Positions 10,701-18,382 of a DNA stretch of 64,000 nucleotides are shown one piece after another. The DNA comes from Candidatus Krumholzibacteriia bacterium (lineage in GTDB: Bacteria > Krumholzibacteriota > Krumholzibacteriia > LZORAL124-64-63). The position numbers were made by a program, and so were the translations under genes. The stretch is from NCBI GenBank assembly GCA_036351155.1, contig JAZBOO010000099.1, positions 11,636-75,635 on the forward strand, read 5' to 3'. Position 1 is the first letter of the stretch; each line of letters begins with the position of its first letter. Below the pieces are notes generated by a model. That model was not told the origin of the DNA. It saw only the letters and a list, made by a program, of their open reading frames with translations, and did not search any database.

Positions 10701-12260
10701 GGCGGACTCGACGGCTTGCCTCTCGACATGAAGGCGCAGACGGGCCATGGTGACGGTCTGTCCACCGAGGGCCGAGGCACCCGTAGATGCGACCCGCAGG
10801 GGTGCTCCGGGCAAAGCCGATCCGCCGGAAAGACCATCCCAGGTGATCCAGTACACACCGGAGCCGGAGTAAGGATGGTCGAAATGATCAAGACGGCCTG
10901 CCCTGGGATCCAGGCGATCAGTCCAGGTCGAGGCAGAAACCCCGTAGAAACGCAGTTCATCGTCGAGGTTCCACTCGCCGTCTCCTCCATCGATGACCTG
11001 GATGGCCACCTCGGTCAGCCCCACCCTCTGGGGCTGCTCGCCCTCGGCCACCGCCACATCGGAAGCCAGGTTCAGGCCCCCACCCTGGAAAACCCGCAGG
11101 CTGGCCGGGTCGATGTCCGAAGCAGGAACGCCAAAATCGGCCATTTCCTCACCGGTGACGCGAAACACGCCGGTCTGATCGAGTTCCAGTCGGACCCAGT
11201 TGCTCGTCAAGTCGAAAGGATTGAACTGTCCACGCCCGGAGGCCTTGGCCTGCTGAGCCTGCTGCTCCAGGAACACCCGTCCACCCTGGGCCAGGGCCTG
11301 GAACAGTTCGGCGTTCAAAACGCCGCGGGGCATCATGGACTCTCCAGTGGCGAAACCACCAGCAGCCTTGGCATCTCGGGCCAGTCGCAGCTGTTCCCGG
11401 GGCTGGCCAGAGGCGGTGTGCTGAATACTCAGGGTCAGAGAGCGCAGAACGCCCCCCTGGGCTCCCAGCTTGACCAATCCCCCGGCCAGAGGCACCGTCC
11501 GGAAAATGGCCGGCGCCCCGAATTCAATCAGCGCCGCGTCTTCCAGTGCCTGATCCGGCAGACGCCACCAGCGTACGCCGCTGACACTGACCTGCAGAGA
11601 CTCGCGGGTGGGCACGGCCAGGGTCAGGGGCATCCGAGGAGGCAGAAGCACGGGATCCGGTCCCGATTCTTCATCCACGGTGTGGGGCAAGGCCCAGATC
11701 ACCTGGTCCAGGGTCAGTTCGTCCCAGCTTTCCGGTTCCTGAATGACCGGAAAGTCCAGGCGTATGCGTGTCAGATCCTGGCTGCTTTCAAGAACCTGGA
11801 CCACCGGGGGAGCCATGCGGGCTTGCTCGGCCAGGGTGGCGGCTCCTGCAGGCTCCGGCTGCAACAGTCCCAGGAGGCCAAAGCAGGCGACAAAAATGGC
11901 GGCCTGCCAGACCAGAGAACGGGGCCCCAGCGTACGCCCGTGAGGGATCAAACCGGTATGGGACGGAAAGACAAACTGGTCGCGACGCATTTTTCCCAAT
12001 TTCTGAAAAAGGTTTTCAAGGTCGGGAAGCATCCCTCCCAGACCGCCCAGGATGGCGGGCAGACTGGCAAAGGGCATGAATAACAACAAGATAAGACTGA
12101 AAATACCACCGGCCAGTTCCAGACGCCAGTCGGGATGGTCATAGTGGGGAATCGCATCGAGCACCGCATGGCTGGCGATGCCCGCGAGCAAGCCGATCAC
12201 GGGATTCCCGGTCATCCCTCCCGCCAGTGCCCCGGCCGCGAAATGCGTGAACAGGCACAT
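7779..12260 (-). CDS. porU: PorU-like C25 (gingipain-family) sortase with T9SS/FlgD-Ig CTD, fused to an N-terminal membrane His/Asp domain
   Basis: C25 catalytic motifs FHYVGHG and AFSCDVG, ATGRLP; PorU-type N-terminal motifs WVRLELDQTGVFRVT and HPYS; C-terminus VFPNP...WDGEDQEG..IANGTYLY...KLVIMR. Confidence 0.82.
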   Translation of the reverse strand: MCLFTHFAAGALAGGMTGNPVIGLLAGIASHAVLDAIPHYDHPDWRLELAGGIFSLILLLFMPFASLPAILGGLGGMLPDLENLFQKLGKMRRDQFVFPSHTGLIPHGRTLGPRSLVWQAAIFVACFGLLGLLQPEPAGAATLAEQARMAPPVVQVLESSQDLTRIRLDFPVIQEPESWDELTLDQVIWALPHTVDEESGPDPVLLPPRMPLTLAVPTRESLQVSVSGVRWWRLPDQALEDAALIEFGAPAIFRTVPLAGGLVKLGAQGGVLRSLTLSIQHTASGQPREQLRLARDAKAAGGFATGESMMPRGVLNAELFQALAQGGRVFLEQQAQQAKASGRGQFNPFDLTSNWVRLELDQTGVFRVTGEEMADFGVPASDIDPASLRVFQGGGLNLASDVAVAEGEQPQRVGLTEVAIQVIDGGDGEWNLDDELRFYGVSASTWTDRLDPRAGRLDHFDHPYSGSGVYWITWDGLSGGSALPGAPLRVASTGASALGGQTVTMARLRLHVERQAVESAGIVEDNWAWNPGVTTSSTGSFEVRHPVEGQEARFVIGFRGHPGRYTSSTYQFAAEGWLNGDSEHSASTSFFRNAQHDSAQVRLLGSSTQLVTGQNSFTFVNTGGGGVPLALDYFDLLYWSDLDMRGSNEPFAFTLWGDEVSAIGTAFDINLTVSALSSTMVWDVSNPQAPRQLEGEPTGESPPVLTLGVTRDPDIDLHLVAQDLGQLLEVTSAQRVSPVDLRSQDTALDYLVIYAEPFVQAAQDLADFHDQTLVGVDNPSARAVSVQEIYNNFSGGRKDAMAIRNYLKYVYEAEGRLQFACFLGNASRDFRNYLGHAPFVDLWDFVPAELRTAFPINGATDLRNAPYASDDGLSSFDVPDPTVGLDIPDLATGRLPATTVAEARSMVDLMIEYGDNPPAGMWRNNLLMTSDDCNRPSHYPHPITTEISHMLEAELLAGSYIPQELDILKIYGVEYDFPPGSLVKPQVRADINAALNAGTTLFHYVGHGAEDNLADEQIFQSRDIANLTNGLRRPLFVAFSCDVGVYDNPLRRSMAELFIASENGGAIGTICASQVSFISDNNLLSNAFYSSLYPSGQVAEDVTVSQALMAGKAEMASFRTRRNSQRYTLFSDPGLRLPNPVSDLAFASTSVDTLRSGALQVVEATTGAGGAMLGAGDSYDLRVQESAYDKVYIVNSYYLDYTQDPPRYVYTPSERTFVKLGAPVFRGTGTMSGDNLAVPFKVPAQLRYGDRASVRLVIEGPDGQHGGQMQVPAVRSATGPVDDVLGPSIALALPNPYRVRPGDSLNATLTDTSGIAMLGTTPGNSILLEFDNTGFMTEVTESFNYDPNSYTTGRVIFPLPGDISEGKHAVALHASDALGNVGSDTLSFTVAEYGVPGIRDATVFPNPTPGPCRLIFDISDAMEIRWDIYTLSGKRIWTHTESLAEGPQILSWDGEDQEGDEIANGTYLYVLRGTMDSGDGRELRQTGKLVIMR

Positions 12261-12263
12261 GAT

Positions 12264-12452
12264 TCAGGATTCCTCGGAGCCGCCGGCCGGCAGCTTCTCG
12301 GCCTCGTCCGGCAACATGATGGGAATGTCATCCTCGATGCGATACCGCACCTTGCACTGGGCGCAGGTCAACCAGTTATGGCCGGCGTCCGGGGTCACCC
12401 CTTGACGGCACACGGGGCAGGCGAGGATTTCCAGAAGTTTGGGGTCCAGCAT
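12264..12452 (-). CDS. Trm112/YcaR-like small zinc-finger protein
   Basis: LLEILACPVC...LTC..C...YRIEDDIPIMLPDEA. AGGAG SD is spaced best for ATG 12452. Confidence 0.9.
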   Translation of the reverse strand: MLDPKLLEILACPVCRQGVTPDAGHNWLTCAQCKVRYRIEDDIPIMLPDEAEKLPAGGSEES

Positions 12453-12502
12453 CTTCATGTCTCCTGACACGGATCTTCAGGTACGAGGGACTGTTGTCAC
12501 GT

Positions 12503-12530
12503 ATTCTAATACGATGGGGAAGGGTTGCAA
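12503..12530 (-). promoter_or_regulatory. Putative sigma70 promoter for the T9SS-like operon
   Basis: Minus strand TTGCAA-16 nt-TAGAAT about 50 nt upstream of the Trm112-like gene. Confidence 0.4.
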
Positions 12531-12656
12531 ACACGCGATGGCGCTATCCACAAAAAAACCCGGCGGTTGAGACCATACAATGGCCCTGGCCAGGAGAGGC
12601 AGAACAGATTCTTGAAGGGGTTGGCAAAAGGATGATACGCCAAAAAAGCCTACGTG

Positions 12657-13637
12657 TCAACCTTGTCCGTTCTCCTCGTAGACCCCCATGTCCAGGAATT
12701 TTTGCAGGCGGGCATCCAGGAGATCGGTGATGGACATGGTTTCAAGCTCGGCCAGGGAGTCCTGAATTTGCCCCTTGATGGTCAGCGACATGCCCTTGTG
12801 GTCCCGGTGAGCGCCGCCGATGGGCTCGGGAATGATGGCGTCAATGGCCCCCAGCCTCAAGGCGTCCGTGCTGGTCAGCTTCATGGCCTTGGCCGCTTCC
12901 TTGCTCTTGGCGCCATCGCGCCAGAGGATGGCGGCACAGCCTTCCGGGCTGATCACGGAGTAGATGGAATTCTCCAGCATGAAGACCCGGTCGCCCACAC
13001 CCAGGGCCAGAGCGCCACCGCTGCCGCCCTCGCCGGTGACAATCACCACGATGGGCACCGGCAAGTCAGCCATTTCCCGGAGATTGCGGGCAATGGCCTC
13101 GGCCTGGCCCCGTTCCTCCGCTCCAAGGCCAGGATAGGCCCCCGGAGTATCGATGAAGGTGACCACGGGACGCTCGAAGCGAGCCGCCATTTCCATCAAC
13201 CGCAAGGCCTTGCGGTAGCCTTCGGGGTGCGCCATGCCAAAATTGCGCCGGATATTGCTCTTGGTGTCCCGGCCCTTCTGGTGGCCCAGGATCATGACCT
13301 TGCGGTCTTCCAGGGTGGCCATTCCCGCCACGATGGCCTCGTCATCGCGGAACATCCGGTCCCCGTGCAGTTCCACGAAATCGCTGAAGACATAGTGGAT
13401 GTAATCGTTGGTGGTGGGGCGGCGAGGATGGCGAGCCAGCTGGACCCGCTGCCAGGGCTCCAGCTTGTCGAATATTTCCTTGCCCAGCTTTTTGGCCTTG
13501 TTCTGCAGCTTCTCGGTTTCCTCGGAAACGTCCACGCCCCGCACGGACGCGGAGTCCTGCAGATTCTGGATTTGCTCCTCGAGTTCCACCAGGGGCAGTT
13601 CGAAATCAAGCCAGAGAGCTTTTTTCTTCCAGTCCAT
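12657..13637 (-). CDS. accA: Acetyl-CoA carboxylase carboxyltransferase alpha subunit
   Basis: LDFELP, QLARHPRRP, FVELHGDR, FIDTPGAYPG, GEGGSGGAL, YSVISPEG motifs. Confidence 0.97.
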   Translation of the reverse strand: MDWKKKALWLDFELPLVELEEQIQNLQDSASVRGVDVSEETEKLQNKAKKLGKEIFDKLEPWQRVQLARHPRRPTTNDYIHYVFSDFVELHGDRMFRDDEAIVAGMATLEDRKVMILGHQKGRDTKSNIRRNFGMAHPEGYRKALRLMEMAARFERPVVTFIDTPGAYPGLGAEERGQAEAIARNLREMADLPVPIVVIVTGEGGSGGALALGVGDRVFMLENSIYSVISPEGCAAILWRDGAKSKEAAKAMKLTSTDALRLGAIDAIIPEPIGGAHRDHKGMSLTIKGQIQDSLAELETMSITDLLDARLQKFLDMGVYEENGQG

Positions 13638-13770
13638 GCCACACCTTCAAGGCTGCCTCCGGTGGGAGGCACAGGAAAAACCGTCTCCCGGAGTGAATAC
13701 GGGAGAGTTCATGTTGTCCGGAGAGTAAATAATCACCCCAAGTGGGCCGAATGTCCACCCTTTGTGGTGG

Positions 13771-14538
13771 TCAAAAATCGTAGGAGAACCCGGTGGAAGT
13801 TTCCCAGTCGGTACGAGCCACCCCACCGGCCGGCCGAGAATCCTCTTCCACCTGCACCCCCGTGAAAAGTGACAGAGACCCGGTGATCTCCACCTTCAAG
13901 TCACCCTGGGCAAAAAGCCGATGATCCGCAAACTCGGAAACGGCGGGCTGAAAAAAGACCAGGGCGTCGACGGAGACGCGTGATGTCACAGGGTAGACCA
14001 GGGAAAGAAACAGGGACAGGCGCTGGCCCGTCGTGGCTCCCGGACCATCCTGGATCTGCTCACGCTCCCACATGAACGCACCGCCGAGGGCCAGGTCCAG
14101 ACCTTCACGGGCGAGGAGATCACACCGGGCTCCCAGGCCCAGCAGCCGACGGGACTCCAGCCGCTGAAAGGGGTTTTCCTGCCACTGCGCAAAGGCCAGG
14201 GTGGACCAGGGGCCGCCCAGACGGCGGTTGTGCCGGAGATGACCCATGAACGCCCGGCCGGATTCCACCCCGCCGGAGGAACTCCGCTTGCCGCTGCCGA
14301 TCAATCGCAGCAGATCGTTCCCGTACCGGTATTGCACCAGGCTGGAAAAGCTGAGCTTGGTGACCCGGCTATTGCCGCCCTGAGCACTGTGGCTGCCCGA
14401 GAATCCGCCGGACCAACCGGCCTGGTCTGATGAGGAGATCCGCAGAGTGTTGACGATGCCCGCCTGGCAGGGGGAAGCCACGGCGGACATCATGAGGAGC
14501 AGACAGAAAAACAGAGACAGAAAGGGGCGCATGAACAT
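13771..14538 (-). CDS. DUF481 (YdiY-like) outer-membrane beta-barrel
   Basis: Signal peptide, GN motif after the first strand, amphipathic strands, C-terminal GFSYDF. Confidence 0.75.
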   Translation of the reverse strand: MFMRPFLSLFFCLLLMMSAVASPCQAGIVNTLRISSSDQAGWSGGFSGSHSAQGGNSRVTKLSFSSLVQYRYGNDLLRLIGSGKRSSSGGVESGRAFMGHLRHNRRLGGPWSTLAFAQWQENPFQRLESRRLLGLGARCDLLAREGLDLALGGAFMWEREQIQDGPGATTGQRLSLFLSLVYPVTSRVSVDALVFFQPAVSEFADHRLFAQGDLKVEITGSLSLFTGVQVEEDSRPAGGVARTDWETSTGFSYDF

Positions 14539-14575
14539 GACAGGTCCTCCATGACCTTGAAGCAGGCGCAGTCGA

Positions 14576-17500
14576 TCAGGCGCGCGCCGTGAAACGTTGC
14601 TTGCGTTCGATGGGAGCGGGCAGCGTGGCGCGCAGCCGCAGTCCGTCAGCCCCGGGCACCTTCCGCAGTTCGCGAAGGCTGTCCAGGGTCAGGGCGATGT
14701 CCCGACCGTCCGAGCGCAGCAACCACTTGGTGTCGTTCCGCTGCACCTCAACCACCAGGGGCACGGGTCGGGCCATGACCGGTTCCGGGGCCAGCGGGGC
14801 ATCGGGATCACCCGGATCGCTTCCCCCGGCCATGGCGCCGGCAAGGTCGCCGGCAGGTTTTTCGGAGCTTTCCGGCTCCTCGGGTTCCAGGCCCAGACAG
14901 CGCAACGGCTGAGCACGGCCATACAATTCGAACAGGCGACCCAGTTCCGCCACCCCTTTCTGGCCGGCCTTGTCCAGGTCCATTTCCAGGAACACATCTT
15001 TGACCCAGCACCCCAGAACCTCGTCGATGCGGGTGATGCGATCAACCACCACCTCACGCATGCCATCGCTCCGCACCTGCACACGACCACCGACCACCAG
15101 GATGGAATCGCTTTCCACCAGCGCGACGGCCTGCTCGTAAAGGCGTGAATACACCACCAGGCCCATCACACCCGAGGTGTCCTCGAAATGGGCGCGGGCG
15201 TAAACCCGCTTGTGACGATCGCGGTGCTTGGTGTGGCTGGTGATCACACCCACCAGATCCACCCAGGTGCCCTCGCCCCGCTTGTGAGCGCCGGCGGTGG
15301 TGCCCACCGGCAGGCAGGAAATCAGTTCGCGGTACTCGTGGAAGGGGTGCCCGGACAGGAAAAAGCCCACCGCCGCGCGTTCCTTGCTGAGCTCAACCAG
15401 AGGATCGAAGGGCTCGCATTCCAGCAGCGTCGGCTTGAGGGTTTCCTCGGCCGCCGCCCCACCGAACAGGGAGGCCTGGCCCCCGGCCCGATCCCGGGCG
15501 GCCTTCTGACCGAAACCGATGGCCCGGTCAAGGTTGGTCAGGATCTGGCGCCGGTGTCCGGGCAGCCGGTCCATGGCCCCGGCGTTGGTCAGACCTTCCA
15601 GCACCTTGCGGTTGACCTTCTGCAGGTCCGTGTGCTCGGCCAGATCGAACAGGTCGGTGAAGTCCCGCCCCAGTTCTTCCCAGCATTGCCGGATGACGTC
15701 GATGGCTGCCGCCCCCACGCCCTTGACCGCCCCCATGCCGAAGATGATGGCCCCGTCCCGAACCCCGAATTCACTGCTGGGCTGGTTGATGTCCGGCGGA
15801 TGAATCGCGATACCCAGGGCCTTGACCTCGTCGATCAGCTGGGTGATGCGCTCGCTCTTGCGCATCTCGGTACTCATGGTGGCGGCCATGAACTCCGCCG
15901 GGTGATGCGCCTTCAACCAGGCCGTCTGGATGGACAGCAACGCATAGGCCGCCGAGTGGCTCTTGTTGAAGCCGTACTGGGCGAAGAACTCCATCTCCTC
16001 GTAGATCTCGCGGGCGGCGCGTTCGTCGTAGCCTCCCGCCTTGGCGCCTTCCAGGAACTTCACCTTCAGTTCGGCCATCATGTCGAGCTTCTTCTTGCCC
16101 ATGGCCTTGCGCAGGGTGTCGGCCTGCCCCATGGAAAAGCCACCCATCGTCGAGGCGATCTGCATCACCTGTTCCTGGTACAGGATCACCCCGTAGGTGT
16201 CTCTCAGGATGGGCTCGAGGCAGGCGTCCTTGAAGGTGACCGACTGGCGGCCATGCTTGCGCTCCACATACACCTTGTCCATGTCCGCGCCCAGAGGCCC
16301 GGGTCGGTACAGGGCACAGATGGCCGTGATGTCGTCGTAGCAGGTGGGTGCCAGCTTGCGCACCAGCTCCTGCATGCCGCTGCTTTCCAGCTGGAAGATC
16401 CCGACCGTCCGCCCCTCCTGCAAGAGCTTGTAGGTCGCCTCGTCATCGGTGGGAATATCTTCAGCCCGGAGCAGTTTTCCGGTGCTCAGCTCGATGAGCT
16501 TCAGCGCCTTGTCGATCACCGTCAGGGTGCGCAACCCCAGGAAATCCATCTTCAGCAGGCCCAGCTTTTCGCTCATGTTCATGTCGAACTGGACCGTGAT
16601 GTCACCCTTGGTGCTCTTGGCCAGCGGCGCGTGTTCGATCAGGGGCGACGGCGTGATCAGTACACCGGCCGCATGGATTCCCGTGTTGCGGTTCAGCCCC
16701 TCGAGAACCAGCGCATTGCGCAGCAGCATGGCGTGCTCGTCGGACTCCCGTGGAATCTCCTTGAGCCCCGGCGCCTCGTCGATGGCCTTCTGCAGGGTGA
16801 TCCCGATCTCCTCGGGCACCATCTTGCTGATGCGGTCGCTCTCGGCAAAGCTGAACTCGAGTACCCGGGCCACATCCTTCAGCACCGCGCGGGCGGCCAT
16901 GGTGCCGAAGGTGATGATCTGCGACACGTTCTCGCGGCCGTACTTCTGAGCCACGTACTCGATGACCTCGCCCCGCTTCTCGTAGCAGAAGTCGACATCG
17001 ATATCCGGCATGCTGATGCGCTCGGGGTTCAGGAACCGCTCGAACAGCAGCTGGTGGCGGATGGGATCGATGTCGGTGATGCCCATGCAGTAGCAAACCA
17101 GGCTACCGGCGGCCGAGCCACGCCCAGGGCCCACGGGAATGCTCCGTTGCCGGGCCGCGTCGATGAAATCCCAGACGATCAGGAAATACCCGGCGTAGCC
17201 TGTTTCGGCAATGATGCCGAGCTCGTATTCAAGGCGTTCGTTCAGCTCGGGCGTGATCTCCGGGTATCGCTGCTTGAGCCCCTCCCGCGCCAGGTGGGTG
17301 ACGTACTCGTCGGGTGTGGTGAATCCTTCAGGAAGGGGAAACTTGGGCAGCAGCAGATTGCCCAGCTGCATCTCGAAATCCACCATGTCGGCCACGCGCA
17401 GGGTGTTCTCGATGGCCTCGGGCCAGTCCTGGAACAGCTGCAGCATTTCTTCGGTGCTCTTGAAGTAGATTTCCGGGCTGTGGCTGCGCCAGCGGTTGGG

Positions 17501-18205
17501 ATCGTTCAGCGTTTTGCCGGTCTGGATGGCCATGAGAATGTCGTGGGCCTCATGGTGGGAGCGGTCCAGAAAGTGGCAATCGTTCGTGCAGATGATGGGC
17601 AATCCGGTGGCCCTGGCCACCTGCGGCATGAGCTCCCTGATGCGCGCCTCTTCCTCGATGCCGTGGTTCTGGATCTCCAGAAAATAGTTGTCCGGACCCA
17701 GGATTTCCTTGTAGGCACTGGCCGCCTCGATGGCTGACTTGACATCGTTGTTGCGCAGGTGCCAGTTGGGTTCGCCGCTCATGCAGGCGGTCAGACCGAT
17801 GATGCCCTCGCTGTACTGGGCCAGCAGTTCCCGGTCGATACGGGGGCGATAATAAAAACCTTCCAGGTAACCGAGGCTGCTCAGCTTGACCAGGTTCTTG
17901 TAGCCCGTCTCGTTCTTGGCCAGCAGCACCATGTGGAAGCTCTTGTTGTTCACCTTGTCGGCGTTGCGATTGTGCCGGTCCCCGGTGATGTAGGCCTCGG
18001 TGCCGATGATGGGCTTGATGCCGTTCTTCTTGCAGGCCAGATAGAATTCGACGGCGCCGAACATGTTGCCGTGGTCGGTCAGGGCCAGGGCAGGCTGACC
18101 CAGATCCGCCGCCCGCTTGGCCATGGCGCCCGTTTTCATGGCCCCGTCAAGCAGACTGTAATCGGAGTGGTTGTGCAGGTGAACGAAGTTGCCGGAAACT
18201 GCCAA
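14576..18205 (-). CDS. dnaE: DNA polymerase III alpha subunit
   Basis: PHP domain (FVHLHNHSDYSLLDG, TDHGN), GRGSAAGS, MPDIDVDF, YGFNKSH, OB fold. Start placed at TTG 18205; the ORF-track extension to 18364 is probably non-coding. Confidence 0.96.
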   Translation of the reverse strand: MAVSGNFVHLHNHSDYSLLDGAMKTGAMAKRAADLGQPALALTDHGNMFGAVEFYLACKKNGIKPIIGTEAYITGDRHNRNADKVNNKSFHMVLLAKNETGYKNLVKLSSLGYLEGFYYRPRIDRELLAQYSEGIIGLTACMSGEPNWHLRNNDVKSAIEAASAYKEILGPDNYFLEIQNHGIEEEARIRELMPQVARATGLPIICTNDCHFLDRSHHEAHDILMAIQTGKTLNDPNRWRSHSPEIYFKSTEEMLQLFQDWPEAIENTLRVADMVDFEMQLGNLLLPKFPLPEGFTTPDEYVTHLAREGLKQRYPEITPELNERLEYELGIIAETGYAGYFLIVWDFIDAARQRSIPVGPGRGSAAGSLVCYCMGITDIDPIRHQLLFERFLNPERISMPDIDVDFCYEKRGEVIEYVAQKYGRENVSQIITFGTMAARAVLKDVARVLEFSFAESDRISKMVPEEIGITLQKAIDEAPGLKEIPRESDEHAMLLRNALVLEGLNRNTGIHAAGVLITPSPLIEHAPLAKSTKGDITVQFDMNMSEKLGLLKMDFLGLRTLTVIDKALKLIELSTGKLLRAEDIPTDDEATYKLLQEGRTVGIFQLESSGMQELVRKLAPTCYDDITAICALYRPGPLGADMDKVYVERKHGRQSVTFKDACLEPILRDTYGVILYQEQVMQIASTMGGFSMGQADTLRKAMGKKKLDMMAELKVKFLEGAKAGGYDERAAREIYEEMEFFAQYGFNKSHSAAYALLSIQTAWLKAHHPAEFMAATMSTEMRKSERITQLIDEVKALGIAIHPPDINQPSSEFGVRDGAIIFGMGAVKGVGAAAIDVIRQCWEELGRDFTDLFDLAEHTDLQKVNRKVLEGLTNAGAMDRLPGHRRQILTNLDRAIGFGQKAARDRAGGQASLFGGAAAEETLKPTLLECEPFDPLVELSKERAAVGFFLSGHPFHEYRELISCLPVGTTAGAHKRGEGTWVDLVGVITSHTKHRDRHKRVYARAHFEDTSGVMGLVVYSRLYEQAVALVESDSILVVGGRVQVRSDGMREVVVDRITRIDEVLGCWVKDVFLEMDLDKAGQKGVAELGRLFELYGRAQPLRCLGLEPEEPESSEKPAGDLAGAMAGGSDPGDPDAPLAPEPVMARPVPLVVEVQRNDTKWLLRSDGRDIALTLDSLRELRKVPGADGLRLRATLPAPIERKQRFTARA

Positions 18206-18274
18206 TTTATCTAACCCATCGCGCCGAATCGTCAAAAAATGCACCGGGAATGCCCCGGGGGGAATCGGGGTCCC

Positions 18275-18303
18275 ACAATAGCAGGTCTCCCGATCGGACA
18301 CAA
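18275..18303 (-). promoter_or_regulatory. Putative sigma70 promoter (extended -10) upstream of dnaE
   Basis: Minus strand TTGTGT-17 nt-TATTGT with TGn before the -10. Confidence 0.4.
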
Positions 18304-18382
18304 CCGGCCGGCGGAGATCCCTGCGAAACCAGCCCCCAGCCTCCCGTTTTCGAAGGTCCGGCACAGCCGAGAGCCCTCCGCG

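Noticed and set aside
9201..12083. Long antisense ORFs (960 aa here; also 7005-9170, 15188-17737, 51911-54535, 55962-57725 and others)
   Set aside because: They lie opposite well-supported genes and lack recognisable motifs; stop-poor antisense frames are expected at high GC.
14576..18364. Intein or unusual N-terminal extension in DnaE
   Set aside because: Length is normal from TTG 18205 and no intein motifs are seen; the upstream extension overlaps a plausible promoter.
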